64,000 nucleotides of DNA. It comes from a phage. Within the stretch, counting starts at the first letter, position 1; each line of letters begins with the position of its first letter. The stretch lies in sequence record PV946933.1. One strand, written 5' to 3'. A program made the position numbers and the translations under genes. The notes beneath the pieces are model-generated. The model was not told the origin of the DNA and ran no database searches. It saw only the letters and a program-made list of their open reading frames with translations. Shown here one piece after another: positions 9,969-20,223 of this stretch.

Positions 9969-11088
9969 TTTTAACCTTAACTGGGTCTATTGTTTCCAGT
10001 TTCGTTGCATTAGTGAACATATATAGATGAGTTACTGAATTATTATTGGATAATTCGTGGATAACTTCATCAACGTAAAATTCTGTTTTAAATTGGTTTT
10101 TACTATCATTAAAAATAATTTTAACGCCAGGTGTCAAGTTAAAATTACCGACAGTAGAACATTTAGCATAGCCATCGTATTGCGCCATAGTTTGAAGACG
10201 AATAGCTTCTTCATATCCGTTCCTATAAGTCATTTCAGAATAAGCACCTGACCTTGACACTACAATAGAGTTTTCGCCCTTTCCTGTAGTAATCATTGGT
10301 ATTGAAGAATCTAAAAATGAATGCGCATAGATAGTAGCATTTTTCATTGGGTCACGTTTGTGAGGATTCGATTTAGTCAACCAAACGAAATCATATGCTA
10401 ATGGATATTTTAATTCTTGGATGAATTGACCTATTAAAGATGGCTCACCGACAATCATTGGATATGGTTCTTGATTTATCATCATATCATAGTCCATCAT
10501 GTTAACTCCCATGATGTCTTGCCACACAAATACAAATTTGTCGCTTCCTACAGCTAGACCAACTTCTCTTACATAGGACAAATAATTTTCAAATGTACTA
10601 GTCCATGGAATATCAGGAACATAAGCATTTATAGCATTTATTGCTGGAGTTAATAATGTGCGATCTTGATAAATGACGCCAAGCATTTCCTTTATAGATT
10701 CACCTGCATCAGAGAAAAACGGTCTGCCAAATTTAAGATTTTCTATAGAATGAATAGTTCCCAATTCAATAGCAATGATGTTATCACCCTTTGAATCTAC
10801 TGACACGGAAAAATGCTTACACCCATAAATTCGTGTTTTAACATTATTAATATCGTTTGCATTAGCTACAGAAATCTGAATTATTTCATTTCCATCCATT
10901 TTTGTATGGATATTTTTAGAATCATAAAACTGCAGCATTCCTTCATTTCGGCCATAAAGAGAATCCCGCATAGTTAATGTGGTAATAGTAGCAGCTAATT
11001 CAACAAATCTATTATTACTCCAAGCGTCGTAGCTATCAAATAATTTAACGCTGAGATTTGGATATCCTGGGCGTTGCAACATACTCAT
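9913..11088 (-). CDS. 27: baseplate hub subunit gp27
   Basis: 391 aa; order. Confidence 0.85.
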   Translation of the reverse strand: MSMLQRPGYPNLSVKLFDSYDAWSNNRFVELAATITTLTMRDSLYGRNEGMLQFYDSKNIHTKMDGNEIIQISVANANDINNVKTRIYGCKHFSVSVDSKGDNIIAIELGTIHSIENLKFGRPFFSDAGESIKEMLGVIYQDRTLLTPAINAINAYVPDIPWTSTFENYLSYVREVGLAVGSDKFVFVWQDIMGVNMMDYDMMINQEPYPMIVGEPSLIGQFIQELKYPLAYDFVWLTKSNPHKRDPMKNATIYAHSFLDSSIPMITTGKGENSIVVSRSGAYSEMTYRNGYEEAIRLQTMAQYDGYAKCSTVGNFNLTPGVKIIFNDSKNQFKTEFYVDEVIHELSNNNSVTHLYMFTNATKLETIDPVKVKNEFKSDTTTEESSSSNKQ

Positions 11089-11837
11089 TATTGTTTATCC
11101 TTCTCAATCAGTTTTAATACGAATCCGCGCTCAGCAGGAATCATTTTCATTATTGAATTTAAGCTATAATTACTTTTTACGAGCGTGTGATTGATTTGAT
11201 AAAAAGTAAATATTTCATCTGGGTTAACTAATAGCTTAAATACATCTACTATATCAGTGTATTTTTTTACATACTTATTACAACACGACATATGCAATGT
11301 TAAATTAATAGGATTCATTGCATCGAGAATTTTTTCTAATGTTTCTATCTCGATTGCATCAACAAGTTCTATTTGACTTGATTCGCTAATTTCCTTCCAA
11401 TCATACCATGTTTCATCTACTTGAACAGAATGAATATTTTCAGTAATCATCTTTGCTTTATTTTCATAAAACTCAGAAGGAAACTTTAATTTAATTTTAA
11501 CATTAGCTACATCAAAAACAGGTTCCTTTAATTCTTTTTGATATATTTCAAATGGAACTGTCTTTTCTTTTTTACATTTTGGACATACAAATGTGACCGG
11601 TACTTTAGTTTTACCTATTGACCCTACAAATACCTGCAAAAATATAAATGGTTGCCAAGTCTTCGGATAGTCTCCAAAATAATCAGCAATTAAATCAGCA
11701 ATTATTTCTTTTTGTTCTTGTGGTGACCGATGTTCTATATCGTTTCGAACTAACAAAAAATCTCGATAATCTTCTACCGTAAATGGTTTAAAACGATGAA
11801 CACCATCTGGTAATTTACAACGAATAATGTTTGCCAT
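11088..11837 (-). CDS. 51: baseplate hub assembly catalyst gp51
   Basis: 249 aa; order. Confidence 0.8.
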   Translation of the reverse strand: MANIIRCKLPDGVHRFKPFTVEDYRDFLLVRNDIEHRSPQEQKEIIADLIADYFGDYPKTWQPFIFLQVFVGSIGKTKVPVTFVCPKCKKEKTVPFEIYQKELKEPVFDVANVKIKLKFPSEFYENKAKMITENIHSVQVDETWYDWKEISESSQIELVDAIEIETLEKILDAMNPINLTLHMSCCNKYVKKYTDIVDVFKLLVNPDEIFTFYQINHTLVKSNYSLNSIMKMIPAERGFVLKLIEKDKQ

Positions 11838-11854
11838 AGATGCTCCTTTTATTC

Positions 11855-11866
11855 TATTTATAAATA
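11855..11866. promoter_or_regulatory. overlapping divergent late promoters (palindromic TATTTATAAATA)
   Basis: TATAAATA readable on both strands, about 20 nt from the gp51 and gp26 starts. Confidence 0.55.
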
Positions 11867-11887
11867 TGATAAATAAAGGAGCTAAAT

Positions 11888-12514
11888 ATGTATGAATACA
11901 AATTTGATGTGAGAGTTGGTTCTAAAATAATCAACTGTCGCGCATTTACTCTTAAAGAATATCTAGAACTTATTACTGCTAAAAAGAACGGTTCAGTAGA
12001 AGAGATCGTTAAAAAGCTAATCAAAGACTGTACAAATGCAAAAGATTTAAACCGCCAAGAATCAGAACTACTGCTGATTCATTTATGGGCGCATTCTCTT
12101 GGAGAAGTTAATCACGAAAACTCCTGGAAGTGCACCTGTGGAACTGAAATACCAACCCATATAAATCTATTACATACACAGATAGATGCACCAGAAGACC
12201 TCTGGTATACACTGGGTGACATTAAAATTAAGTTCCATTACCCTAAAATTTTTGATGATAAAAATATAGCCCACATGATAGTATCATGCATAGAAACGAT
12301 TCATGCTAACGGTGAAAGCATTCCAATTGAAGACTTGAATGAAAAAGAGTTGGAAGATTTATATTCTATCATCACAGAGTCAGATATTGTAGCTATAAAA
12401 GATATGCTTTTAAAGCCTACTGTGTATTTGGCTGTTCCAATTAAATGTCCAGAGTGTGGAAAATCTCACGCTCATGTAATAAGAGGACTCAAAGAATTCT
12501 TTGAGCTATTGTAA
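11888..12514 (+). CDS. 26: baseplate hub subunit gp26
   Basis: 208 aa; order. Confidence 0.8.
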   Translation: MYEYKFDVRVGSKIINCRAFTLKEYLELITAKKNGSVEEIVKKLIKDCTNAKDLNRQESELLLIHLWAHSLGEVNHENSWKCTCGTEIPTHINLLHTQIDAPEDLWYTLGDIKIKFHYPKIFDDKNIAHMIVSCIETIHANGESIPIEDLNEKELEDLYSIITESDIVAIKDMLLKPTVYLAVPIKCPECGKSHAHVIRGLKEFFELL

Positions 12515-12912
12515 TGGCAAATATTAATAAGCTTTATTCTGACATTGACCCAGAAATGAAAATGGATTGGGACAAAGACGTTTCCAGATCCCTTGGATTA
12601 AGGTCAATTAAAAATAGCCTTTTGGGAATTATTACAACCAGAAAAGGGTCGAGACCATTTGACCCGGAATTTGGATGTGATTTATCTGACCAGCTTTTTG
12701 AGAATATGACTCCTCTTACTGCTGATACTGTTGAGCGTAACATTGAAAGCGCAGTAAGAAACTACGAGCCACGTATTGATAAATTAGCAGTTAATGTAAT
12801 ACCAGTTTATGATGATTATACTCTGATAGTAGAAATACGCTTTTCGGTCATCGATAACCCTGATGATATTGAACAGATAAAACTACAACTGGCTTCCAGT
12901 AACAGAGTATAA
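12514..12912 (+). CDS. 25: baseplate wedge subunit gp25
   Basis: 132 aa; order. Confidence 0.85.
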   Translation: MANINKLYSDIDPEMKMDWDKDVSRSLGLRSIKNSLLGIITTRKGSRPFDPEFGCDLSDQLFENMTPLTADTVERNIESAVRNYEPRIDKLAVNVIPVYDDYTLIVEIRFSVIDNPDDIEQIKLQLASSNRV

Positions 12913-12938
12913 TGCTTCACGTATAAACATGGTATAAT
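12912..12938 (+). promoter_or_regulatory. MotA-dependent middle promoter (aaTGCTTcA box plus TATAAT) upstream of uvsY
   Basis: TGCTT at 12913-12917, TATAAT at 12933-12938, 13-bp spacing. Confidence 0.6.
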
Positions 12939-12978
12939 GAATCTAAGTCCATCCAATAACAATTGAATAGAGAACAAT

Positions 12979-13392
12979 ATGAAATTAGAAGATCTTCAAG
13001 AAGAATTGAAGAAAGATGTGTTTATAGATTCGACTAAATTACAGTATGAAGCAGCTAATAATGTGATGTTATATAGTAAATGGCTTAATAAGCATTCAAG
13101 TATTAAAAAGGAAATGCTTAGAATTGACGCACAGAAAAAAGTTGCTCTTAAAGCTAAATTAGACTACTACTCGGGACGAGGAGATGGTGATGAATTTAGT
13201 ATGGATCGTTATGAGAAATCAGAAATGAAGACAGTTCTATCAGCCGATAAGGATGTTTTAAAAGTTGATACTTCATTACAATATTGGGGAATTTTATTAG
13301 ATTTCTGTAGCGGAGCTCTTGATGCTATTAAATCACGCGGATTTGCTATTAAGCATATTCAAGACATGCGAGCATTTGAGGCTGGAAAATAA
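12979..13392 (+). CDS. uvsY: recombination mediator UvsY
   Basis: 137 aa as in T4; position. Confidence 0.85.
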   Translation: MKLEDLQEELKKDVFIDSTKLQYEAANNVMLYSKWLNKHSSIKKEMLRIDAQKKVALKAKLDYYSGRGDGDEFSMDRYEKSEMKTVLSADKDVLKVDTSLQYWGILLDFCSGALDAIKSRGFAIKHIQDMRAFEAGK

Positions 13393-13616
13393 TGAGATAT
13401 AGCATTGATGATGCTTTTAATTATGAAGAAGAATTTGAAACGGAAATTCAATTCTTAATGAAAAAGTATAATCTCAAGCGTCAGGATATTCGTATCCTGG
13501 CCGACCACCCATGCGGTGAAGATGTCCTTTATATTAAAGGAAAATTTGCCGGATATCTTGATGAATATTTTTATTCTAAAGATATGGGCATTGATATGCA
13601 TATGAGAGTTATATAA
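13392..13616 (+). CDS. hypothetical protein (uvsY.-1 position, 74 aa)
   Basis: ATGA coupling to uvsY stop. Confidence 0.55.
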   Translation: MRYSIDDAFNYEEEFETEIQFLMKKYNLKRQDIRILADHPCGEDVLYIKGKFAGYLDEYFYSKDMGIDMHMRVI

Positions 13617-13644
13617 ATAGATATATAATTTAGAGGAGACAATC

Positions 13645-13812
13645 ATGTCAGATAAGATTTGTGTTGTCTGTAAAACTCCAATCGATTCTGCATTGGTTGT
13701 TGAAACAGACAAAGGTCCTGTACATCCTGGGCCTTGTTATAATTACATTAAAGAACTACCAGTTTCAGAAAGTTCGGAAGAACAATTAAATGAAACACAA
13801 CTTTTGCTATAG
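13645..13812 (+). CDS. small Cys-containing protein (55 aa; CVVC...PGPC)
   Basis: GAGGAG RBS 8 nt upstream; below the 60-aa cutoff of the ORF track. Confidence 0.4.
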   Translation: MSDKICVVCKTPIDSALVVETDKGPVHPGPCYNYIKELPVSESSEEQLNETQLLL

Positions 13813-13868
13813 TGTGACCTTTAGTCTATAGTTTTGGCCCTTCCTTTTTGGTTGGGCCTTTTTTTAAT

Positions 13869-14099
13869 TTAAAAGCTTTCTTCTACTTCATCGTCTGAAT
13901 CTTCTAATTCAGCTCTTTTTCCTGCCAAAGCATCTCTGACTGAGATGTCATCAGTATCTTTTAATTCAGTTTCTTTGACTCTTTTCTTATAATAAGCTTC
14001 AAGTTCTTCTAAACCTTCTAATGTTTGGCATGATGCAATTTTACCCATAAATTCATCAATAGAAGCTTCATAAAGAAATTGTTTAAATTCTAGTAACAT
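13869..14099 (-). CDS. uvsW.1: UvsW.1 (76 aa from ATG at 14099)
   Basis: GGAGA RBS before MLLEFKQF; 76 aa equals T4 UvsW.1. Confidence 0.7.
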   Translation of the reverse strand: MLLEFKQFLYEASIDEFMGKIASCQTLEGLEELEAYYKKRVKETELKDTDDISVRDALAGKRAELEDSDDEVEESF

Positions 14100-14124
14100 C
14101 TTTTTCTCCAAAGGGCCGAAGCCC

Positions 14125-15636
14125 TTATAAATTAACTGTTTTCATTACGTAATTAAATTTTTCATCTGCATAGCGCTGAATACGATCAATGCCGTGTTTT
14201 AAAAGATAATTCAAATGAACATATTTCTTTTTCGTATTAGCAGATTTTGGCTTAACACCGCAATCATCTATGAGGTCCCAGACCGTTGCGATTGTTTTAG
14301 AACCATGCTTACGTAATACGCGACCTATTGTTTGCAATACAATAATTTTAGATTTAACACCGTGTGCTAAAACAACGTGATGCAGATTTTTAACTGAAAT
14401 ACCAGTAGAAAATACACCATAACTAGCTACTATAATTATTCCTTTACCGTTTTCAGCTAGGGTTTTCATTACGTTGCGTGTTTCGGTATCAACTTCCCCT
14501 GATACGTAATAAACTTTATCGTATTCATTTTTAATTAAATCGAAAATAGCTTTACCGTGCGATACGTGTTTAAACATGACAAAAGCGTTTTCATCTTTTT
14601 GCGCAAGTTTAATAGCTAATTTAGCGATCCATTTATTTCTTTTACTGAGCCCAGTAATAATTTTTATTTCTTCTTGGTAAGTTTTTCCCTTTAATTTAGT
14701 AGTGAACTCATCAGGATAACGAAGAAAAATACTATTAATTTTTAACTCAGTTACTTGTCCATCTTCCATTAATTTAGAAGTCGTTACTGGCTTAAATATT
14801 TCACCAAACATTCCAACATACTGCATGATATTAGCTTTGCCATCACGCAATGAACCTGATAGACCAAATTTGAACATGCAGTTATTTAAACCTGATATGA
14901 TAGATGAAATGCTTTTTCCTGTAGCAAGATGGCATTCATCATTCATCATCATTCCAAATTGTGAAAACCATTCTTTTGGTTGTTTTACTACAGTTTGCCA
15001 TGTACCAACAACGACTGGCGCATCATTTTTATATTTATCATCTTTTGATGCTCCACCACCGATTTTCTTTATCATTGCATGACTGAATAAACGATAATCA
15101 ACAAAGTCATCAGCCATCTGAGTTGTTAAAGCAGTTGTTGGAACAATGATAAGAATTTTACCTTCATAATTTTCCAAATAATATCGAGCAAGCAAAGCTT
15201 GAATTAAAGATTTACCTGCGGATGTTGGAAGATTAAGAATTCTACGACGATTAACTAATCCTTCGAACACTGCATCTTTTTGATACCAGTGCGGTTCAAT
15301 TCTTTTATTTCCTGAATAGATTTCTAATTTAGAAAGCCATTCATCAAAATCTTTTCTTGATAATTCTTCTTTTTCGTTAATCTGTGGGTCAATCCAAGCT
15401 TTATAGCCAAAGTTATCACAGAACTTTTTAATTTGCCCGACTAAGCCAAACGGAAGAAGGCGATTATAATCTAAAAGACGGATTCGTCCATCCCAGTGAC
15501 CATATTTGTATTTCGGATTAAACCGATACCCATCAGCTTCAAAGCTAAAGAAATCACGGAGTTCATGAAATGTACTTTCTTCACAATCAATTCTCACGTG
15601 ACTAAAATCATAAAAATGTACTTTAATGTCAGTCAT
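14125..15636 (-). CDS. uvsW: UvsW helicase (SF2 DNA/RNA helicase)
   Basis: 503 aa; helicase motifs (GKS Walker A, DECH). Confidence 0.85.
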   Translation of the reverse strand: MTDIKVHFYDFSHVRIDCEESTFHELRDFFSFEADGYRFNPKYKYGHWDGRIRLLDYNRLLPFGLVGQIKKFCDNFGYKAWIDPQINEKEELSRKDFDEWLSKLEIYSGNKRIEPHWYQKDAVFEGLVNRRRILNLPTSAGKSLIQALLARYYLENYEGKILIIVPTTALTTQMADDFVDYRLFSHAMIKKIGGGASKDDKYKNDAPVVVGTWQTVVKQPKEWFSQFGMMMNDECHLATGKSISSIISGLNNCMFKFGLSGSLRDGKANIMQYVGMFGEIFKPVTTSKLMEDGQVTELKINSIFLRYPDEFTTKLKGKTYQEEIKIITGLSKRNKWIAKLAIKLAQKDENAFVMFKHVSHGKAIFDLIKNEYDKVYYVSGEVDTETRNVMKTLAENGKGIIIVASYGVFSTGISVKNLHHVVLAHGVKSKIIVLQTIGRVLRKHGSKTIATVWDLIDDCGVKPKSANTKKKYVHLNYLLKHGIDRIQRYADEKFNYVMKTVNL

Positions 15637-15686
15637 GTCTAAATACCATGTAATAAATATATCTATATTTATACTGAGGAAATATT

Positions 15687-16367
15687 ATGATAGATAAAGA
15701 TTATATTGCAGAGCTGAAGGCTCTTGATGATAATAAAGAAGCTAAAGCTAAATTAGCTGAATATGCTGAACAGTTTGGTATAAAGGTCAAAAAGAATAAA
15801 TCTTTTGATAATATCGTTGTTGATATTGAAGAAGCCCTCCAGAAGCTCGCTAGTGAACCTATGCCAGAGACTGATGGGTTATCTATTAAAGACTTAATCA
15901 ATGCTGCTGATGCTGCAGAGGGATTAAAATATGACGATGAAGAAGTCAATCCAGAGGCAGCACTTCTGATTGATTCTCCGGTTAAATCTGATATTAAAAT
16001 TGAAGTAGTCGAAACGGATAAAATTCCTGAAAATACCGATGTTTTGATTGAAGATACTCCTTTTGTTGAAGAAAAATTCGAACAGGCTGTAGCTGAGATT
16101 ATTGAATCTGAAAAGCCGTCTGTATTTACTCTTCCGGAAAACTTTAGTCCGAATCTTCAGCTGATTGGAAAAAATCCAGGATTCTGCACTGTTCCTTGGT
16201 GGATTTACCAGTGGATTGCTGAAACTCCGGATTGGAAATCTCACCCAACTAGTTTTGAACACGCGTCGGCACATCAAACTTTATTTAGCTTAATTTACTA
16301 CATTAACCGCGACGGATCAGTTCTAATTCGTGAAACACGCAACTCTTCTTTCGTAACATTAAAATAA
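15687..16367 (+). CDS. acidic protein at the inh / hoc.1 position (226 aa)
   Basis: position between uvsW and hoc; identity as Inh not verifiable. Confidence 0.5.
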   Translation: MIDKDYIAELKALDDNKEAKAKLAEYAEQFGIKVKKNKSFDNIVVDIEEALQKLASEPMPETDGLSIKDLINAADAAEGLKYDDEEVNPEAALLIDSPVKSDIKIEVVETDKIPENTDVLIEDTPFVEEKFEQAVAEIIESEKPSVFTLPENFSPNLQLIGKNPGFCTVPWWIYQWIAETPDWKSHPTSFEHASAHQTLFSLIYYINRDGSVLIRETRNSSFVTLK

Positions 16368-16376
16368 GGATAACTT

Positions 16377-17228
16377 ATGGCTTTTACAGTTGATATAACT
16401 CCTAAAACACCTACTGGAGTTATAGATCAGACTCAGCAGTTTACTGCTACACCCAGTGGTGAAACTGGAGGTGGAACTATTACCTATGCTTGGACTGTAG
16501 ACGATGTTCCACAAGATGGGGCTGAAGCAACTTTTAGTTATGTACTAAAAGGACCTGCCGGTCAAAAGACTATTAAGGTGGTTGCAACAAATACAATTCC
16601 AGATACTGATGCTGAAACAGCAGAAGCTACTACAACTATCACAGTTCAAAATAAGACACAGACAACTACCTTGGCAGTAACTCCTGATAGTCTTGCTGCT
16701 GGAGTGATTGGAACTCCTGTTGAATTTACTGCTGCCTTAGCTTCTCAACCACCAGGCGCATCTGCTACGTATCAGTGGCATGTAGATGGTTCTCCTGTGA
16801 GCGAAGCAACTTCTGCTACATTCAATTACACTCCTTCCACAAGCGGAGTTAAAACAATTAAGTGTGTAGCTCAAGTAACTGCGGCAGATTATGATGCAAA
16901 GGAAGTTACTTCTAATGAAGTATCACTGACTGTGAATGATAAAGTTGCTCAAGAACCAGAAGGTGAATTACCTTATGTTCATCCTCTTCCACATCGTACT
17001 TCAGCTTACATCTGGTGCGGTTGGTGGGTTATGGATGAAATCCAAAAAATGACCGAAGAAGGTAAAGATTGGAAAACTGACGACCCAGATAGTAAGTACT
17101 ACTTGCATCGTTACACTCTTCAGAAGATGATGAAAGACTATCCAGAAGTTGATGTTCAAGAATCGCGTAATGGATACATCATTCATAAAACTGCTTTAGA
17201 AACTGGTATCATCTATACCTATCCATAA
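16377..17228 (+). CDS. hoc: Hoc outer capsid decoration protein, 2 Ig-like domains plus capsid-binding C-terminus (283 aa)
   Basis: two ~95-aa Ig-like repeats; position. Confidence 0.75.
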   Translation: MAFTVDITPKTPTGVIDQTQQFTATPSGETGGGTITYAWTVDDVPQDGAEATFSYVLKGPAGQKTIKVVATNTIPDTDAETAEATTTITVQNKTQTTTLAVTPDSLAAGVIGTPVEFTAALASQPPGASATYQWHVDGSPVSEATSATFNYTPSTSGVKTIKCVAQVTAADYDAKEVTSNEVSLTVNDKVAQEPEGELPYVHPLPHRTSAYIWCGWWVMDEIQKMTEEGKDWKTDDPDSKYYLHRYTLQKMMKDYPEVDVQESRNGYIIHKTALETGIIYTYP

Positions 17229-17232
17229 TCTT

Positions 17233-17259
17233 AGGGGCTTCGGCCCCTTTCTTCATTTT
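17233..17259 (+). terminator. aggggc-ttcg-gcccct hairpin plus T-rich tail
   Basis: seen directly after the hoc stop. Confidence 0.6.
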
Positions 17260-17316
17260 GAAAGCACACAAAACACAATCAGAAAATGATGTATATAATG
17301 GCACCAACTCGATAAC

Positions 17317-17532
17317 ATGAGATTGATTATGAGAACTGAGGTTGTGGTGTTTACTCTTCATGAGTCTGGAAAGTCATTCATTGAAATTGCTCGTGAATTG
17401 AACTTACAGGCGAAAGAAGTGGCTGTATTATGGGCTCGAGCTATGACTGCTAAAAATAAATTTGAGACTCGAGAAAAAGTTGTCTATAGAAAAAGACATA
17501 TTAATAAAAAGGTGAAAAATGGAACAGTATGA
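17317..17532 (+). CDS. hypothetical protein (71 aa)
   Basis: ORF between hoc and rnlB. Confidence 0.4.
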   Translation: MRLIMRTEVVVFTLHESGKSFIEIARELNLQAKEVAVLWARAMTAKNKFETREKVVYRKRHINKKVKNGTV

Positions 17533-17797
17533 TCTTTATGAAAATGAATCTTTTGCTAATCAATTACGCGAAAAAGCACTTAAAAGTAAACAGTTTAAAC
17601 TAGAGTGTTTTATTAAAGATTTTTCGGAACTTGCTAATAAATCAGCTGAGCAAGGTAAAACATATTTTAGTTATTATTGTACCGCTCGCGATAAATTGAT
17701 TACTGAAGAAATTGGTGATTGGCTGAGAAAAGAAGGATTTAGCTTTAAAGTCAATAGTGATCAGCGTGATGGTGATTGGTTAGAAATTACATTTTGA
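17519..17797 (+). CDS. hypothetical protein (92 aa)
   Basis: ORF coupled to upstream gene. Confidence 0.45.
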   Translation: MEQYDLYENESFANQLREKALKSKQFKLECFIKDFSELANKSAEQGKTYFSYYCTARDKLITEEIGDWLRKEGFSFKVNSDQRDGDWLEITF

Positions 17798-17806
17798 GGA
17801 TTAATT

Positions 17807-18811
17807 ATGTTTAAAAAGTATAGCAGTCTTGAAAATCATTACAATTCTAAATTCATTGAAAAACTTTACAGTTTAGGATTGACTGGCGGCGAATGGGTAG
17901 CTCGTGAAAAGATTCATGGCACAAATTTCTCACTGATTATTGAACGCGATAAAGCAACTTGTGCTAAACGTACTGGACCGATTCTTCCTGCTGAAGATTT
18001 CTTTGGGTATGAAATTATTCTAAAGAATTACGCTGATTCCATTAAAGCAGTACAAGATATTATGGAAACTTCGGCAGTTGTATCTTATCAAGTCTTCGGC
18101 GAATTCGCTGGACCTGGCATTCAGAAGAATGTTGATTATGGTGATAAAGATTTTTATGTATTTGACATTATTGTTACTACCGAAAGTGGTGATGTGACTT
18201 ATGTCGATGATTATATGATGGAATCATTCTGTAATACATTCAAATTTAAAATGGCTCCACTTTTAGGTCGCGGTAAATTTGAAGAGCTTATTAAATTGCC
18301 AAATGATTTAGATTCTGTCGTCCAAGATTATAATTTTACAGTAGACCATGCTGGATTAGTTGATGCAAATAAATGCGTTTGGAATGCCGAAGCAAAAGGC
18401 GAAGTATTTACCGCTGAAGGATATGTATTGAAACCTTGTTATCCTTCTTGGATGCCTAATGGCAATCGCGTAGCGATTAAATGCAAGAACTCTAAATTTA
18501 GTGAAAAGAAAAAGTCTGATAAGCCTATTAAAGCTAAAGTTGAACTGTCAGAAGCTGATAACAAATTGGTGGGAATTTTAGCTTGTTACGTTACACTGAA
18601 CCGAGTAAATAACGTTATTTCTAAAATTGGCGAAATTGGTCCGAAGGATTTTGGAAAGGTGATGGGACTAACTGTTCAAGATATTTTGGAAGAAACTTCT
18701 CGTGAAGGTATTACTCTAACTCAAGCGGATAATCCTTCTTTGATTAAAAAGGAATTAGTTAAAATGGTACAAGATGTACTTCGTCCAGCTTGGATTGAAT
18801 TGGTAAGTTAA
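17807..18811 (+). CDS. rnlB: RNA ligase 2 (Rnl2)
   Basis: 334 aa; N-terminus [21 protein letters not shown] and nucleotidyltransferase KIHGTN lysine motif. Confidence 0.9.
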   Translation: MFKKYSSLENHYNSKFIEKLYSLGLTGGEWVAREKIHGTNFSLIIERDKATCAKRTGPILPAEDFFGYEIILKNYADSIKAVQDIMETSAVVSYQVFGEFAGPGIQKNVDYGDKDFYVFDIIVTTESGDVTYVDDYMMESFCNTFKFKMAPLLGRGKFEELIKLPNDLDSVVQDYNFTVDHAGLVDANKCVWNAEAKGEVFTAEGYVLKPCYPSWMPNGNRVAIKCKNSKFSEKKKSDKPIKAKVELSEADNKLVGILACYVTLNRVNNVISKIGEIGPKDFGKVMGLTVQDILEETSREGITLTQADNPSLIKKELVKMVQDVLRPAWIELVS

Positions 18812-18817
18812 ATAAAA

Positions 18818-18835
18818 AGGGACCTTTCGGTCCCT
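18818..18835. terminator. bidirectional hairpin agggacc-tttc-ggtccct
   Basis: flanked by T-runs on both strands, between convergent rnlB and gene 24. Confidence 0.6.
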
Positions 18836-18840
18836 TTGTT

Positions 18841-20124
18841 TTATTCATCAACGATAATTTTTGGTAGCTTAACACCTAATAAAACAGACAAATCTGAACG
18901 ACCCGCCATTTTATCCATGTCTCCACCATCAATTATTCTTGCTTCTTTTTCGTCTTTTGCTACAGTGTAAGGATTTGCAGATAAAGCATATCTAACCAAT
19001 AAACCGATAGATGGCTGCAAACTTTCTGGATCAACTACAACTTTAAATGCACCTACATGTTCAGGGTCATCTAAGTCAAGACCTTCTGTATACGGAGCAT
19101 AGAAAATTGATCCGACAATTTCTTTTTCGCCAATATTTTCTACCACGCCAACGATTACATAATCTAATGGGCTGTTAGTATCGCAATAAAGCGGTAAACC
19201 ATTAGCTAAGAACCCATAGGCATTTTGTGAAAGATATTTATCATCTTCTGGTTTATGTTTTAACCAACCTGATGCAGCAAGAATCGCAGCGGCACGAGCT
19301 GAAGCAACACAGAACGTTGCTGTATAAGTTGATTCTTTTTGGATATGCGAAACCATTTCACATACCATTCGGTATAATGAACGACCGGCTTCAGGTGCAG
19401 ATGCATAACTCAAATCAATGAATCCGGTATCAGTAATTCCTGTAACTTTATAGCGTTTTGACACTGTAATCAAAGACTGTAGAATATCTTTATTGATTTC
19501 ATCCGCCATTTCAGTTGCAAGCAAATCTTCCAAGAAATTAGGAGCATCGAATCCATTTGCTTCTAAATCTTGTGCTAATTCAACTGTAATGCCAGTTTTA
19601 AGTTTACGAGATTTAACTGCGGTTTGCCATTTATTAATCTGGAATCTAGCATCAGCAATTTCGCTATCAGAGCTTTCAAATTTGCTCGTTGACGCTGCGT
19701 CAGAAAATAGACGAACCTTTAAAAGAACAATTGCAATCTGAAGAGCTAGTTCTAAATCGCTTTCTTCAATGGTAGCAAAAGGTGTATCTTCTAATACTTT
19801 ATAAACGATATTATTATATTTGAATAAATCGCCTTTATTGAGAGTTAATTTAGACTCTTCTGTTAATTCTGTGATTTGTTCTCGGTCTACATACCCAGCT
19901 TCGCCAGCGTAAGTAGCACCAGTTTTAAATGTAAATTCATTATCTGGGTTAAGGTATTTGATACCATAAAAAGCAGCAACAGGTTGATTAGTTCTTTGCG
20001 TTGCTACAATGTCAGAATATATTAATTTAGTGGTAGCGCGAGTCAAAGCAACGAGATTTGGGCGACCGATTGAGTTGCTATTCGTTGTGGTTGATTCGCG
20101 CAGAAGTTCGTTGATTTTAGCCAT
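18841..20124 (-). CDS. 24: head vertex protein gp24
   Basis: 427 aa; position. Confidence 0.85.
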   Translation of the reverse strand: MAKINELLRESTTTNSNSIGRPNLVALTRATTKLIYSDIVATQRTNQPVAAFYGIKYLNPDNEFTFKTGATYAGEAGYVDREQITELTEESKLTLNKGDLFKYNNIVYKVLEDTPFATIEESDLELALQIAIVLLKVRLFSDAASTSKFESSDSEIADARFQINKWQTAVKSRKLKTGITVELAQDLEANGFDAPNFLEDLLATEMADEINKDILQSLITVSKRYKVTGITDTGFIDLSYASAPEAGRSLYRMVCEMVSHIQKESTYTATFCVASARAAAILAASGWLKHKPEDDKYLSQNAYGFLANGLPLYCDTNSPLDYVIVGVVENIGEKEIVGSIFYAPYTEGLDLDDPEHVGAFKVVVDPESLQPSIGLLVRYALSANPYTVAKDEKEARIIDGGDMDKMAGRSDLSVLLGVKLPKIIVDE

Positions 20125-20151
20125 TGTATTTTCCTTGTTGAAATATAATAC

Positions 20152-20159
20152 TATTTATA
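20152..20159 (-). promoter_or_regulatory. late promoter TATAAATA (minus strand) upstream of gene 24
   Basis: motif 28 nt before the ATG. Confidence 0.55.
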
Positions 20160-20223
20160 AAGTTATTTACAAGACCAAAGTAATATGATATTATATTCAT
20201 ATACAAATGGAGTGGTGTTTAAA

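Noticed and set aside
15701-16277. Two minus-strand ORFs (15701-15949, 15924-16277) inside the inh-like gene
   Set aside because: Fully nested antisense to a well-supported plus-strand gene; low-complexity translation.
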